This document shows, in pieces, positions 50,620 through 63,996 of a stretch of 64,000 bases of DNA. Source of the stretch: Selaginella moellendorffii (Eukaryota > Plantae > Lycopodiophyta); contig NW_003314320.1 of NCBI RefSeq assembly GCF_000143415.4, positions 1 to 64,000 on the forward strand, in the 5' to 3' direction. Every line of letters begins with the position of its first letter. Position 1 is the stretch's first letter. Position numbers and translations under genes: made by a program. A model generated the notes under the pieces. That model was not told the DNA's origin. It searched no databases and worked only from the letters and a program-made list of their open reading frames with translations.

Positions 50620-52150
50620 TTTGGATTTTTATATTAAGCAAACCAGGAGGATGGTAATGAATATATCTAGAATATGCTTGGATATTCTAGGTATTCATTT
50701 AGATTAATGTTGTATTTATAATTTATAAAAAATGTTTATAATTTATAAACTTTCTTAAACCCTAAGATATTCTTTTTTATTCTATCATCTAATGGTTTAT
50801 ATGCAATATAAATTACAAACATGCTTATAATTATAAACTTTATTTAATAAATTAGATTAATAAGTAAAAATAACACTACTATTAAGAAAACCAAGCATTG
50901 TACTTGGTATCCTGAAAATTTTACTTCAACAGTTTTAGTCAATTTGAGAATAGAAATTTCTGTATTAAAATTAAACGATTTCTAAATTTATATTCATCAA
51001 ATTATGGTGGAAAAGTAGAAGGAGAATTAATGAGGAATTTAGTAAATAACTTAAAAACTAATATACAGATGATATGTGTAATAAATGTGAAGTTAAATAT
51101 CCAAGGAATTTTTATTTCATCTTTCATCCTTATAGAGTTGAATTAAAAATGGGAAGCTTTACTAGCTTAACCTTTATCCAAGTTAAATTTTAACATCTCC
51201 ACATTAAAATAATTTGCTGCACATTGTATGTAATAATTCTTGGTTTTCTTAATAATAGTGTTATTCTTATTTAATATTTTTGAATAATCGAAATAATCTA
51301 TAATTATAAACATGTTTCTAATTTATAAATCATTTCATATCAACCATTAGAATAAATAGTAAATTGCTATGCATTGCATGTAGTAATGCTTAGTTTGCTT
51401 AATAGTAGTGTTATTCTTACTTATTAATCGAATTGATCAAATAAATCTTATAATTATAAGCATATTTCTAATTTGTAAACACAAGATTAATAAAAAGAAA
51501 GTTTATAAATTATAAACATGTTTATAAATTATAAATACAAAGATTAATCTAAATGGATAATAACCGTTAGATGGTAGTATATCCTAAAATATTCAAGCAT
51601 ATTTTAGGTATATCTACTATCATCCCAGTCCCCCTGTAGGCTTGCTTAAACAAACCAAAAATATACTAGAACGTGTTAGGAAAGTTTAGATTAATCTAAC
51701 TAAATAACAACCGTTAATATCCTAGAATATTAAATATATTTTAGGCATGTTCACTACCATTCAGGTTTTGCTTAAGCAATGAGTTTTTAGTTTCTTAAAG
51801 TAGTGGGATGGTAGTAAATATACCTAAAATATGCTTAGATATTCTAGGATATTCTACCATCTAATGGTTGTTATTCATTTAGATTAATCTTGCATTTATA
51901 ATTTATAAATATATTTATAATTTATAAAATTTCTTAAACACTTTCTAGTATACTCATTTTTATTCTACCATTTAATGGTTGATATGCAATAAGAATAATC
52001 TTGTGTTTATAAATTATAAACATGTTTATAATTATAACTTTCATTGGATTAATAATAACAATAACATTACTATTACAAACCAAGCATTACTACATGCAAC
52101 ACACAGCAAATTATTTTATTTTTAAAAATAAAAAATATTATATTATTTAC
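50620..52150. repeat. Array of AT-rich repeat units in direct and inverted orientation
   Basis: Forward units ~50640-50900 and 51800-52100; reverse units ~51230-51780. Confidence 0.75.
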
Positions 52151-52481
52151 TAAAGCAATATAAGAGTGCAACCTTCTCATACATACTGTAAATTTGTTTG
52201 CAACCTTCTCTGCTGAAAATGTTGACAACGATAACAAAGGTTGCATCCTTGGGCTAGATTGAAGGGAGACCCACAAACTGTCTCAATTCGTTGACAGACG
52301 AGACAATGCACTATCCACATTCGTATGTCTTTGTGCGTGCCCTTCCAGTGGAAACGTTTGGATTGCGTTGTTGTTGCTGCAACTCTGGCTGAGAATACAC
52401 TACCCCTGCCACAGAAAAAAAAAACTTGGTGGCTTTTTGAACTTTCTCAATAATGAGTTGGGAAGAACATTCAAGTGACTT

Positions 52482-55400
52482 GGTTGGAACCAAGGAGAGA
52501 TCAAGGTGCAATCAAAGGGGTGTGTATATAAGGTGAGAAGTGCTGTACTGATATATGTCAAGTACTATTCCTTTACACCTGGTATCAGAGGGATCAAAAG
52601 ATTCTCTTTTCTAGGGCTCTGGTTTTTCCAATCAGTTAGTGGTGTACAATGATTTGTGGCATGAACCATAGAAGCAGTGCAGAGAAGTGGTGTGGATTTC
52701 TTCTAAATAGGCTAGACAGTAAGGGCTTAGGTTGAGATGGGGAAGGGAAAGGAGGAAGGGAAGCTTCTTCTTTCTCATGATAATGCATTTTGATGGTTTT
52801 CCATCATGGAAGCCAAGTTCTCCAAGAAGAAGGTATTGGGAGTAGTCACAGGGTGTGAATAAGTGCCAGTTCTTCTCCCTCCAGAAGAAGTTGCTCAAAT
52901 GTCTATGGAGCAAAGACAAGCATATCAGTGATGGCATGATGATTTCAAACAGAATGATGTCACTGCAAGAGTGATCTGATGGAGTGAGTGCATTCAGAGG
53001 ATATCTTGAAGGTGAAAATTTCTCAAACAGCAATTGCAGCTTGGAAAACTCTCCAACAGTTCTACTGTGAGTAGTCTTGGGTGATAGAGATGAGCATCTT
53101 CCAAGAGATGGTGAACTGCCACCAAGGTCCACATGAGAAGGCTCAAGATTACATAGATCGGATGACAGCTCTTAGGGATAAGTTGCAGAATATGAGATCT
53201 AAATTTTCCAATGCGACTGGAGCTCTCATGATACTCAGACTGAATGAGAAGTACCAGAACGCCAAGATGGAACTCCAAAAAAATTGTCTTTGTCTAGGAT
53301 TGGATCAAGTGATCGCTAACATCCACCACTATGCCAGCTTGAACAAGGTCTTTCAAGACAAGGATGTTGGAGAGTCCAAGGATGAGGAAAGGGTGGTAAT
53401 GGCAGCTCAGATGACTGGAAGAAATTCTTTCAAGTGACAGAAATTTTCAAGTGAACGCAACTCGGTGGAACAAGCACGATAAAAGTATGGGAGTGTTCGT
53501 TGCAATGAATGTTGTGGTTTCGGGCATTTTGCAATGGATTGTCTTTGTCAAAAGGATTGCAAATGAAAGGGGCCGATTGCAAAATTAGCAGCACATGAGG
53601 AAGAGGACAATCTTAATGGTATTCATTTTTCAAGGACTCATCTTTCGTATTTTCAAATTATGCTCAAAGTGGGAAATGTCAAAGTATGAGTTGGCTGCAA
53701 GATAGTGGAGCAATGACTTCAAATAAGATGTTCTTTAGATAGATAAACTATAGGAAATTTGATATGTCAGTTAGCACAGCAAGTGGTGAGGCTTTACAAA
53801 TAATTGTATATAACATAATTTATTTTTCATGTCTTCAACTTGAGGTTGCTAACGTTTTATATGTGCTGAAGCTAGCAAGACACCTTTTTTCTGTCTCGAA
53901 ACTCGTAGAGCAAGGAGTGTACACATTCTTTCATCACACTGCAGCAGATTTTATTCTTCATTGAACACGAATTGCTCAAGCAATGGCCTTGAATGGCCTT
54001 TATTTCCTTTCACTAGACAATCCAAGTGTGCATTCTATCACCTTTTCTAAAACTCGTATTTACAACTATGGCATTTTCGGCTAGGCCACACAAGCTTTCA
54101 ATGAGTGAAGGAAATCCCTGAGCTAGTATTTAAAGTGCCAGACTTAAAGCACACAAGTTCAGACACATGTGAGGTATGTCTTCAAGCTAAGATGAAAAAG
54201 AAAACACTTCCAAAGAAAGTGTCAACTTGAGGTAAACTATTTTAGACTTAGTTCATATCGGACATTTGGGGAGCATCACCGGTAAAGTCACTCAATGGTG
54301 CTCATTACTTCCTACTAATTGTGGATGATCTAAGTTGTTATATAGTTGTTTATTTTTTAAGACAGAAATCTGAGGCACCTTGTAAGTTCCTGGAATGGAT
54401 TTGAGAGTCAGAAAATATACGTGGGATGACAATCCACACACTCAGAGTCGATGGAGGACAGGAGCTTCTCTCACGAGAATTCCAGACGATCCTTGCATCA
54501 CGTGGTATCTTCTTCCAATCTCTATGCCATATGAACATAGTCAAAACAGGTTGTGGAGTGGAAGATGTTAACAGTCCTTGATGCGGCCAGATCAATTCTT
54601 AAGGCATTCAATGTTTCAGTATTCTTTTGGGCCAAGGCTGTGAATACTGCAGTTCATGTGCAAAATATTTTCCCTACAAAAGCAGTCACCATATGAAATT
54701 TGGACAGGTTTAAAACCATCTATTACATATTTACGTGTGTTTGGATGTGTAGGATATGTATACATTTCAGCTGAGGAAAGACGAAATAAATGGGAAGATC
54801 ATTCAACAAGATGTATGATGCTTGGCTATAGTGAGAATACTAAAGGCATATTGTTTTCTTTCGAGAAGATGTACCAGCATACTTTGCCTCGTCAATCAGC
54901 AATAAGAAAGACACCAGGTATTTCTTACATTCAATTCTAACCAAGAGATATGGAAATAATAGTGATGAGGAAAGGTTATCAACTCTAGAGACTTCTCCAG
55001 CAGAACCACCACTACCACTATTCCTTGAACCACCACCTAAGGATTCACTGCCATCTCAAGAAGTTTTGTCTCCAGCTATATGACTCTGAAATCTCAAAAT
55101 GAGGTACTTTGCTTCAGAATTCTAATGAGTTGGATATTGCTTATGCAGATCTAGAGAGTAGTGGCTTATCAAAGCCAAAGCATGGTGAATCTCTAGATGC
55201 TCTAACACTGCCAACACGTTCTCTCAGACCTTGGAAACCTACATCCCGCATTATACATTATTATGCACAAGCAGCACAAGCAATTCACGAGCCAACAAAC
55301 TTAGAAGAAGCACTCTCTGGACCGCAATGTTTTCATTGGCGACAAGCAATGCAGGATGAATATCATGCTCAATTAGAGAATGGTTCCTGGACACTCATTT

Positions 55401-56964
55401 CACCACATGAGGTTCCTTGCAAGGCTTCAATCATACAGTGTAAGTGTGTTCACAAGATAAAATATAAGGAGATAGGTGAGATTGATCAGTACAAAGCAAG
55501 GTTAGTTGCAAAAGGATACACACAGCAAGCAGGAATCGATTATAGTGAGATTTTTTCACCCATAGTTAAAATAGCTTCTATTCGTTTTGTTCTTGCAATT
55601 GCTAATTACTTAGACCTTGAGATTGAGCAGATGGACATCAAGAATGCATTTGTCAATAGCAAGCTGGAAGAACCAGTGTATATGCAGCAACCTCTAGGTT
55701 TTGAGATCCAAGGGAAGGAGCATTATATTTGTAAACTCCACTAGTCCATTTATGGATTAAAACAATCCTGGTATAATACTTTGCACAAGTTTTTTCTAAC
55801 TCTTGGTTTCTCTTGTGCAAGAGCAGATTGGAATCTATATTATTGTTTTTGTGATGGCTCACTTATTCTCATGTGTATTTATGTTGACGATCTCATCATG
55901 GCCGGAAAGACAACAAATCTTAAATGGCTTAAAGAACTACTCTCCAAACAACTTCGAATGACAGATCTTGGTAAAATTTCCTTTTGTTTAGGCTTATAAA
56001 TTGTGCATGATAAGTCCATCAACATAAGTATATCTCAAATCTTATTGAGGAATATAGTGGTTTCTTTACTGCCTGTCTAGTTCCGACTCCAACACTCCAA
56101 TTCAACAAGCTCTCTAAAGTGGATCAACCACGTTCCGAGGGGGAGAAGAAAGAGATGGCTAAGCTACCATATCAAAACGTGGTTGGAGCATTGCTGTATT
56201 TAGCCACATCAAGCAGACCAGATATAGTAGCAGTTATTTCCAGAGTGTGCTAGTTCATGCAAAATCCTGGAAAGAGACAATGCAGTAGAGCGGATCTTTA
56301 ACTACATACAACAAACTTCATCACTTTATCTCGAGTACAAGGGGATGGCAAGAGGAGAAATTGGATTCGGTGCACTTATACCATATGGAATGGTAGATGC
56401 TGATCTTGCTAGTGACCTGGATGATAGGAGATCAACAACTGGGTACATGTTCAAATTCTCTAATGCAATTGTACAAATGATGGTGGCATTGGCTACTTGT
56501 GAAGCAGAGTACAATGTGGTTACGGAAGCTGTTAAGGAAGCTTTATGGATTCGACGCTTGCTCCAAGATATCAGTTTTGAGATGCAAGTACCACTGAATA
56601 TCTACAATGACAACACAGCATGTCTTCAGTCCATCGTGAACCCGGTGCATCATGGGAGAAACAAAGATGTTTCATTACTTTATCAGAGAGCGGATTGAGA
56701 GAGAAGAAGTCAGGCTGAAATACATCCCCACAATAAAGATGACTGCAGATCTACTCACAAAGACTACAATTGAAGTCCGACAGTTTGAATGACTACGACA
56801 ACTTGGACTGGTTTCACAGGGGGAGCAGCGATCTGATTAAAAGACATCAGATTGAGGGGGAGTGTTGGAACCAAGGAGAGATCAAGGCACAATCAAAGGA
56901 ACTAGGATGTGTATATAAGGTGAGAAGTGCTGTACCAATATATGTCAAGTACTATTCCTTTACA
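52482..56964 (+). mobile_element. Ty1/copia LTR retrotransposon, defective, ~100-bp LTRs
   Basis: LTRs 52482-52577 and 56863-56964; PBS TGGTATCAGAG at 52580-52590; PPT GAGGGGGAG. Domains: gag, CNECCGFGHFAMDC knuckle, WLQDSGA protease, LWHFRLGH, integrase, RT (YKARLVAKG, MDIKNAF, YVDDL), RNase H (DADLASDLDDRRSTTGY). Confidence 0.95.
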
Positions 56965-58862
56965 CCTGTTAGCAATACTGGAGCTACAAATGACCACAAG
57001 TTGTCTTCGATGAGTCCTTGCGCAAGCAACTCCTGTACTCGCTCCTCGGATGCTCTTGTTGACGTTGGAGAGCCTGGCTCCAGATAATATGATGCCTTCT
57101 ACCCGTTCTCTCGCTTGCCTCCATATGCGATAGGCCGTCAGAAAACATGAGGAAATCTTGGCACTAGTTGCTTCAACTCCTCTGGCATCACAGTCCCTTA
57201 AATATCCTGCAAAGCTTCCTCCTCCTCGCCCGATCGTGACCGTTTCTCCATGCCTCTAGCAACCGCTTTCTCTCTGCATTCTTCTCACTAGATATGTCTG
57301 ATTGTCCTTGTTCCTGCCCATCCAAGGTCCCCTCGCCTTTGAAACCCACTTTCTTCTCTGCTTTCTTTGGATCCAGTTTCTCTCCTTTCTCCGTCCCGGG
57401 CCTTTCATTTCAGCCAACTCCTCCCCGGCCGCAGCTTGGCCCTCATCACTCCTATGCACCACTGCTCTTTTAACTCTCAACTTCCTTCTTAGGGTGGCGG
57501 TTGGGCCTCTAGGAAAAGCGGACTCGTGGAAGGCTCGTGTCAATCCCTCCAAGAGAACGCGTCAGGAGCTACCTCCCATGGCTCCCAAGGTGACTCCAAC
57601 CCCTGAACCAAAATCCACTCCCACATCTCCAAAGCAAAAACTGCACAGATTGGAGAATGGTGCTAACCTGGATCGAAGGTGCAGGGACAATGATTCTTCC
57701 GCTGGCCGCGAAAGACTGAAAATGCCAAAGCCCTCAGCGCCACCTTGTAGCCAGCGAATCTACCCTAAACATTACGCTCTTTCATGATTATCGCCCAGGT
57801 CGCCAAAGCGCTAAAACAATCAGTATGATTGATCTAGCATGGACGTCCCCATAGCTCTCATAAATGCAATCCAGACGAGACCATGCACGGGAGGAACAGC
57901 CCCTGGCACCTTTCTCACAGTTCTTCCCAGAGTTTCGTCCCAGCTCCATTCCTCGCCTTGACAACCACAGGCTTCCCACAGTAACCACTGACGGCCAGTC
58001 TTGCACATAACAATTTCATCGATTGAGGATACCCGTTTACAGGATTTCTAGAAAGAATGTGTTGGCCAAGTGCTAAGGGGACGTAAAGAGGACTGGACAA
58101 GAAAAAGGAAGACAAGAAGCGAAACGCTTTGGCTCGCCACAACCAGTACCGAGAGAGCAAAAATTGGGCCGGTAAAAGTTTCGGGCCGGAGTTAAAGCGC
58201 TGCGGCGATAGGCTGGGCTTTCGGGAGGCAGCGCGCTAAGATTGTGTGCCTGGTGATGGAGCACATGCAAGAGCCCCGGCCATTCGCGGCGGTGGAGGAG
58301 ATCGATCCATCCATCATGGTGACCCGGCGGATTTCTCAGGGCCATTCCAGAGCAACTTCCGTGCCTTTTTGGGCAGATGATCCAGCGGTGGTGCGTCCCG
58401 TTGGTGTCGCAGCATGGCGCCGAGCAATCGATGCTAGTGCTTGGGGAATTCGGGAGCTCTCGACGCCGCATTATCGCGCGGAAAAGAGAAAGAGAGGCTT
58501 CTAACCACAACACAGCAGGAACAGCAGCAAAGCCAGCGTCCGGGAGTGCACTTCTTGCTTTGGAAAACTCCGCCGTGGAACAGTGGATTCGATCGTCTAG
58601 CGCTTTAGCGTGAAGCAGGACACTGCTCAAAGGTGAGTAAAAACAAGTAGCTTTGTGTGTTCTGCGATTGGCCATTTGTTTCCAAGCGCACACAACAGGC
58701 CAAGAATCTAGCCTCGATGGTTTCTGTTCATTGTACACGTACACAGAAATGGAACGGTAGCCTGTTATGGAAATCCATCATATTTGGCAAGTGCACAGTG
58801 ACCAAGATGAGATCTTCACAGTCAAAACCGATTCACTCCAATCCTCATATATAACTGTGGAA

Positions 58863-59100
58863 ATGAAAAACAATGAGGTACTTTCTTCTCTTGTTTTCCT
58901 TTAGTTCAGTCGCTTTCACAGGACCAATTACAATTGAAGACTGTGGTGGCTTCCTTAGGAGTTGCATATATCATTATTATTACCCCAACTCGAGGACTCT
59001 GGTAGAGGGACATACCACAGCTACAGTGCACCGCTGACTAAGTGCGTCAAGAACGTTCGTGGAATACTTCAAATGTGTAAGTGTGTTTGTTATACAAATG
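58863..59100 (+). pseudogene. Internally deleted duplicate of the CVNH-like ORF
   Basis: Matches 23145-23500 with ~130 bp missing and stops. Confidence 0.5.
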
Positions 59101-59768
59101 GCAAAACCCTTTAAATTTTTGGTTTGCTTAAGCAAATATTTAGAATATATTTAGATATTTTAGGATATTCTACCATTTAATGGTTGTTATCTATTTAGAT
59201 TAATTTTGTCTTTATAATGTATAAACAGGTTTATAATTTATTAATTTGCTTAAACACTTTCTAATATATTCTTTTTTATTCTACCATTTAATGGTTGATA
59301 TGTAATCTTGTGTTTATAAATTATAAAAAAATTATAATTATAAACTTTTATTTGATCAATAGGATTAATAAATAGGATTAAGCATACTAACACTTACCAA
59401 ATTATTTATGTATCAGGTATTTCAGAATTTTTTTCCTAAACCTAAACTTTATGAAGGTTTTGACAAGAAAAGCTGCATCTTCAATCTCCTTCTGTGTATA
59501 GGTTTTAATTTTTGGCCAAGGAAGCATTTATCTGTGAATGTTTCTTTTCAACATGTTAGATATCGGCTCTTCTCAAACTTTTGAGGGATGACCCTTTGGG
59601 CCACATTTCACCTCAATCTCTATTCCTTTCACATGGTCTTTCTTCTTGGGATTTCATTTAGCTATTAAGTTGATTTTGTACTCTCTTTTTTTATGTCACT
59701 ATATGGTATGGCAATGCTACCAGCAATCGTCCAGAAATTTAGCATGCCACGACAGGGGAAGAGCTGTA

Positions 59769-59820
59769 GAGGACAAGGCCAAGGCAAAGCCCAGCCATGG
59801 CTTCTTTCAGCTCGTGGAAA
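59769..59820 (+). pseudogene. DUF4419 3'-end remnant (D4-type tail)
   Basis: GGACAAGGCCAAGGCAAAGCCCAGCCATGGCTTCTTTCAGCTCGTGGAAA resembles 61820-61872. Confidence 0.75.
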
Positions 59821-60502
59821 GCTCAGTTTTTCAGTTTCTAATGATCAGTGGCTCTGGCTAATCTCTTTCTTTCATACCGGCTGTGACTTTGAACGAATCG
59901 TTCCTTCTGGTCATGCCTTGATATTAGAGCACACCATATATACATGAACTCACCACGCACGGACACCTCCACAAACACTATTTCATCGCAAATTTTCCCA
60001 TTGACACCACACCATTGAAACCTGCAGTCCTCCAAAACTGTAGCAAATCCTTTTCTTTTTCTTGGAATCGAGAGACAGTTGACGATCTTTCCGCACCTGC
60101 GTGGCGAGCCTAGAGATATTTCAAAGTTTTCTTTTTGTGCGTGTGCCTGTGTTATGACAAGCTGCCAAATTGTTTTTGGCATTCTTTCAAGTGCAGCGTT
60201 AAACCATCTCCAAGGAAACGGGATAATAGAAGCAGGATAATAACACCACTTTGCCAATTGTAAATATGGGCTTTAGGCCACGCCTCGATTTCTAGCGCAT
60301 GGTTTTTCTTCTTGGGAGGCTGGTTCCTTATAGCTGGTGATCAATCGACTCGACTTTTTCGCTCCTCGTGCTTCTTCTTCGTTGGAGTTGAGTTTTAATA
60401 TCAATTTGGCCAATAGAAATTTAACATGTAATTCTTGCCACGTGGGTGAAGGTCCATCAATTTAAACAGTGTGGATTGCTAGCGAGGGAGGGAGAAGAGA
60501 GA

Positions 60503-61862
60503 ATGGTGACATTTAGGGTTTGCGACAAGGATCCGGCACAGGTGAAGCAATCTCCGCCCGGCCGCGGCCATTTCCTGGAGGGATTCAAGGATTTCCAGCA
60601 GGAGGGCTGCTACCAGGTGTTGCAAGGCACTAGCGTCGACGCGAGTGCCTTTCATCCACAGAAGAATGGCTTCGTCGCAAGCGCCATCAAAGCTTACAGC
60701 TCTCACCACAATCTGGTAATTCGCCCCGACGATGTGTGGCTCGCCATCGCCATCCAGTTGGGATTCTTCGTCAATGGCAATGCCGAGGCGCTGCGATCCA
60801 TCTTTGTGGATCACGAGGGCAAGAAGGAGCTGGTTGTGTCCCAGGCGGCCGCGCTCCACAGCGCCGACTATGGGCTCCTGGCGAGGGAGATGAGCGTGGA
60901 GCTCAAGAAGAATATCAGGGACGGGAAGGTCTGCGACTGGATCTTGCCGAGCTTCTCGACTACAACCAAGAACGATGTGGTGGTGGGCAGTGTGGTTCTC
61001 ATGGCAACCTTCAAGAGCTACTTCGAATATACGTAAGTTGATTCACCCTCTTGGTTCTAGCTATGGTTTTGCTGTGTGTGTGTGTGTGTGAGTTTTCCCT
61101 TCTTTTTTGTTTTCTTTTCCGTTTTTGTCTGCGTGAAAAACGACGTGATAGAGTCTAATCACCTCTCACTGTCATTCTATTGTCCATTCTGCGTACTTGT
61201 TTTTGTTTGCGTTGCTGTCAATGGTACGCTATGTGTTCTCCAGGTTTGTCTCTCGCTGTAGTAAAATCTTTGAAGCTAAGAGCTTGTTTCTATCCAGGTT
61301 CCAACTTTTGTGCGGGATTCCGTACGTGACTCTCCTGGGAACCACCGAGGATTGGGAAGAAATCGATCGGAGGATCGACGAACTGGACAAGTATGGGAGC
61401 GAGTGCCAGAAGTGGCGTGTCATGCTCAAGAAAATCACTGCCCAGTTTGTGGAGAGCAGCAAAGGCAACGTTGACACGGACTTTTGGAACAGGATTTGTC
61501 ACCACCTGGGAGGAGGATCGGGGCCGACATACATCTCCGGCTGGATATCTTCCTTCTGTGTTTTTGACAGCGATGGAAAGTGGCGTGGCGATCAAAAGAG
61601 TTACCGGGATCTCTTCTCCGGGGACAAAGCTGTGGAGCTTGAGTATCCGTTCATCGACGACAGCAGCATTGCTCCCGGCTACCTCACGGTGGATGTCAAG
61701 GTGGACGACAACGGGAAAACTTACGAGGCTTTCATGTTTGCTGGACACATGGGATACGAAGCTGTGGAGGATGACAACAAAGGGATTGCTCCAAAAGCTG
61801 TCTGGGCCATGACTCTCAAGGACAAGGCCAAGGCAAATCCCAGCCATGATGGCTTCCTTTAG
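60503..61862 (+). CDS. DUF4419-domain protein D4, 364 aa; exons 60503-61032 and 61298-61862
   Basis: Same motifs as D1; GT-AG intron; 530+565 nt in frame. Confidence 0.9.
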
Positions 61863-61906
61863 TTCGTAGAAACCTGCAAGCTTTGGGATCATGGTGAGCT
61901 GTTACG

Positions 61907-61970
61907 TTTTTCTCATCCGTAACTCTCCTTTCTCCTTTCTCATCCGTAACCCATCCTTTCTCATCCGCTA
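61907..61970. repeat. Short tandem repeat TTTCTCATCCG(T)AAC x3 in the 3' flank
   Basis: Direct inspection. Confidence 0.8.
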
Positions 61971-63439
61971 ATCTCTTTTTCCCTTGTTTGTTTTCTTCTT
62001 TTTCCAGCAGGAATCGTTCAAAGCTTGAGTTAGTTGGACGATCATGATGTTGCACGGGGAGAGATGGAAAAATATTGACAATATAGTGTGTTGTGAAGGT
62101 GTTGGTGTCTGATGAGGTCATGAATATGTGGTGGCTCTAAATGTGGAGGTTAGATTTCCAATGTAAGAAAATTCAGCCAAAACTGTAGTAGGGAATTCTT
62201 CCTACGACAATCTTTGGACAATTGTTGAAAAAATGAGGAACAAAAAAGTAATTCCATATAGTTACCTGTGACACATCTATGGCCAAACAAAAGTAAATAA
62301 GGTTTTCAAAATGATGAGATAGTTGGAGAAAGTATCTCCACTATCAGAACAATAGAAACCATTCTAGGCATATTCTAAAATATTTTTTAATCTAACAGCT
62401 GGTGACTTCTCCTTTAAATTTTTCTCTAATTCGTTAGTAATAACATTTAATTTTAATATTCTTAGTTATCACTAATATAAGTTATGTTTACCATCTATGA
62501 GTGTGAGTGTTAGCAACTTTTAAGGTTTTCGCTTTCTCTCACTCCTTCAATAGATTAACAATTATACATGGACTTTTTGGCCTCTACTTTCTAGTTCCTT
62601 GCTTGAGATCTAACACAATCCTTGAAGAGCACCTCCCACACAAATAACTCTTGGATAAAAATCAAAGCAATCTTAGTAAAAGTCATGTAATATTCTTGGC
62701 CACCAAAGCCTAGCTTAAAGCTTTTTCCACAAAAGTACTTGCATTTTAATGGAATGATTATTTTAATTTTCAACATTATAATATATGTCATAAATTGCCA
62801 TGCACTCTATGATATATTTTAATTTCTGAAAAGTTTTCTTTATGTCAAGAGTGCTTTAACATTTTTTATACAAGCCAACATAGTTCATCTGGAGAGCTGG
62901 GATCTTACTGGATTAGTTGATTAAAGAATACCACTTTTAAGGATTATATTATAGGGATTTCTTTATATTTAAAATTTATCTAATTTATCAATTAAAATAT
63001 AAGCTTAATCATTCATATTAGAAAATGTATATATATATAGGAAAATAAAATATATTATTATTGATTACTAACAAATATTATAAACTGAATCTTTATATAA
63101 AGCACACCTATAGAAAAAATTATTACTATTACAGAATAATTATTTAATTTTTACTATTTTAATGAAAATCAGTCTTTAACTTAAAAAAGAAAACTCATGA
63201 AAAATATGCGTTGAAGCAATATAATTTGAATATAAGTTTAGTCTCATGTTCTCATTCACTGAAATCATACCTCGTCACCTATATCTTCTCACTAAGATCT
63301 TGTGCAATATATACAGAATAAGCGATGTAATTCCATTTGATTTAGACAAATGACTTTAAAATAATGCTAATGACAAAGCCGGCCGGAAATTAATGAGAAC
63401 TGTTTTAAAACTAGTTTTGCCGAGCCAGCCGTGGTGCCG

Positions 63440-63996
63440 AGATCTACGCCCCAGCACGCCCATTTCCTGGAGGGACTCAAAGATTTCCAGCAGGCAGGTG
63501 TTGCAGGACGCCAGCGTGGACGCCAGCGCCTTCCATCCGGAGAGGAATGGCTTCGTGGCGAGCGCGATCAGAGCTTACAGCTTCCACCACAATCTGGTGA
63601 TCAGGCCAGACGATGTGTGGCGCGCCATCGCTGTCCAGTTTGGATTCTTCGTCAATGGCAATGCCGAGGCGCTGCGATCCATCTTTGTGGATCACGAGGG
63701 CAAGAAGGTGCTGGTTGTGACCCAGGCAGCCACGCTCCACAGCGCCGACTATGGTCGCCTATGACTGGAGCTCAAGAAGAATGCCAAGGACGAGAAAGTT
63801 TGTGACTGGATCTTGCGGAGCTTCTCGACATGGATTGTGTTCTTTCTTTTGCTTTTGCTATGATAAGAACTTCCAGGTTCAAACTTGAATGCGGGATTCC
63901 ATACGTGACTCTTCTGGGAACCATAACATTTACCAGTCTTTCATGTTTGCGGGACACATCTGAACCGAAGTTGTGGAGGATGACAACTAAGGGATT
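63440..63996 (+). pseudogene. DUF4419 pseudogene D5 (5' truncated, several internal deletions)
   Basis: AHFLEGLKDF..., RPDDVWRAI, FVDHEGKK, CGIPYVTLLGT, FMFAGH, with large gaps between them. Confidence 0.9.

Larger units (their letters stand above)
50103..59602 (+). repeat. Segmental duplication copy 2 (paralog 14599-23898)
   Basis: See copy 1; lacks A2 but carries the copia insertion. Confidence 0.9.

Noticed and set aside
59838-60257. 139-aa minus-strand ORF upstream of D4
   Set aside because: No recognisable domain; cannot be supported without a search.
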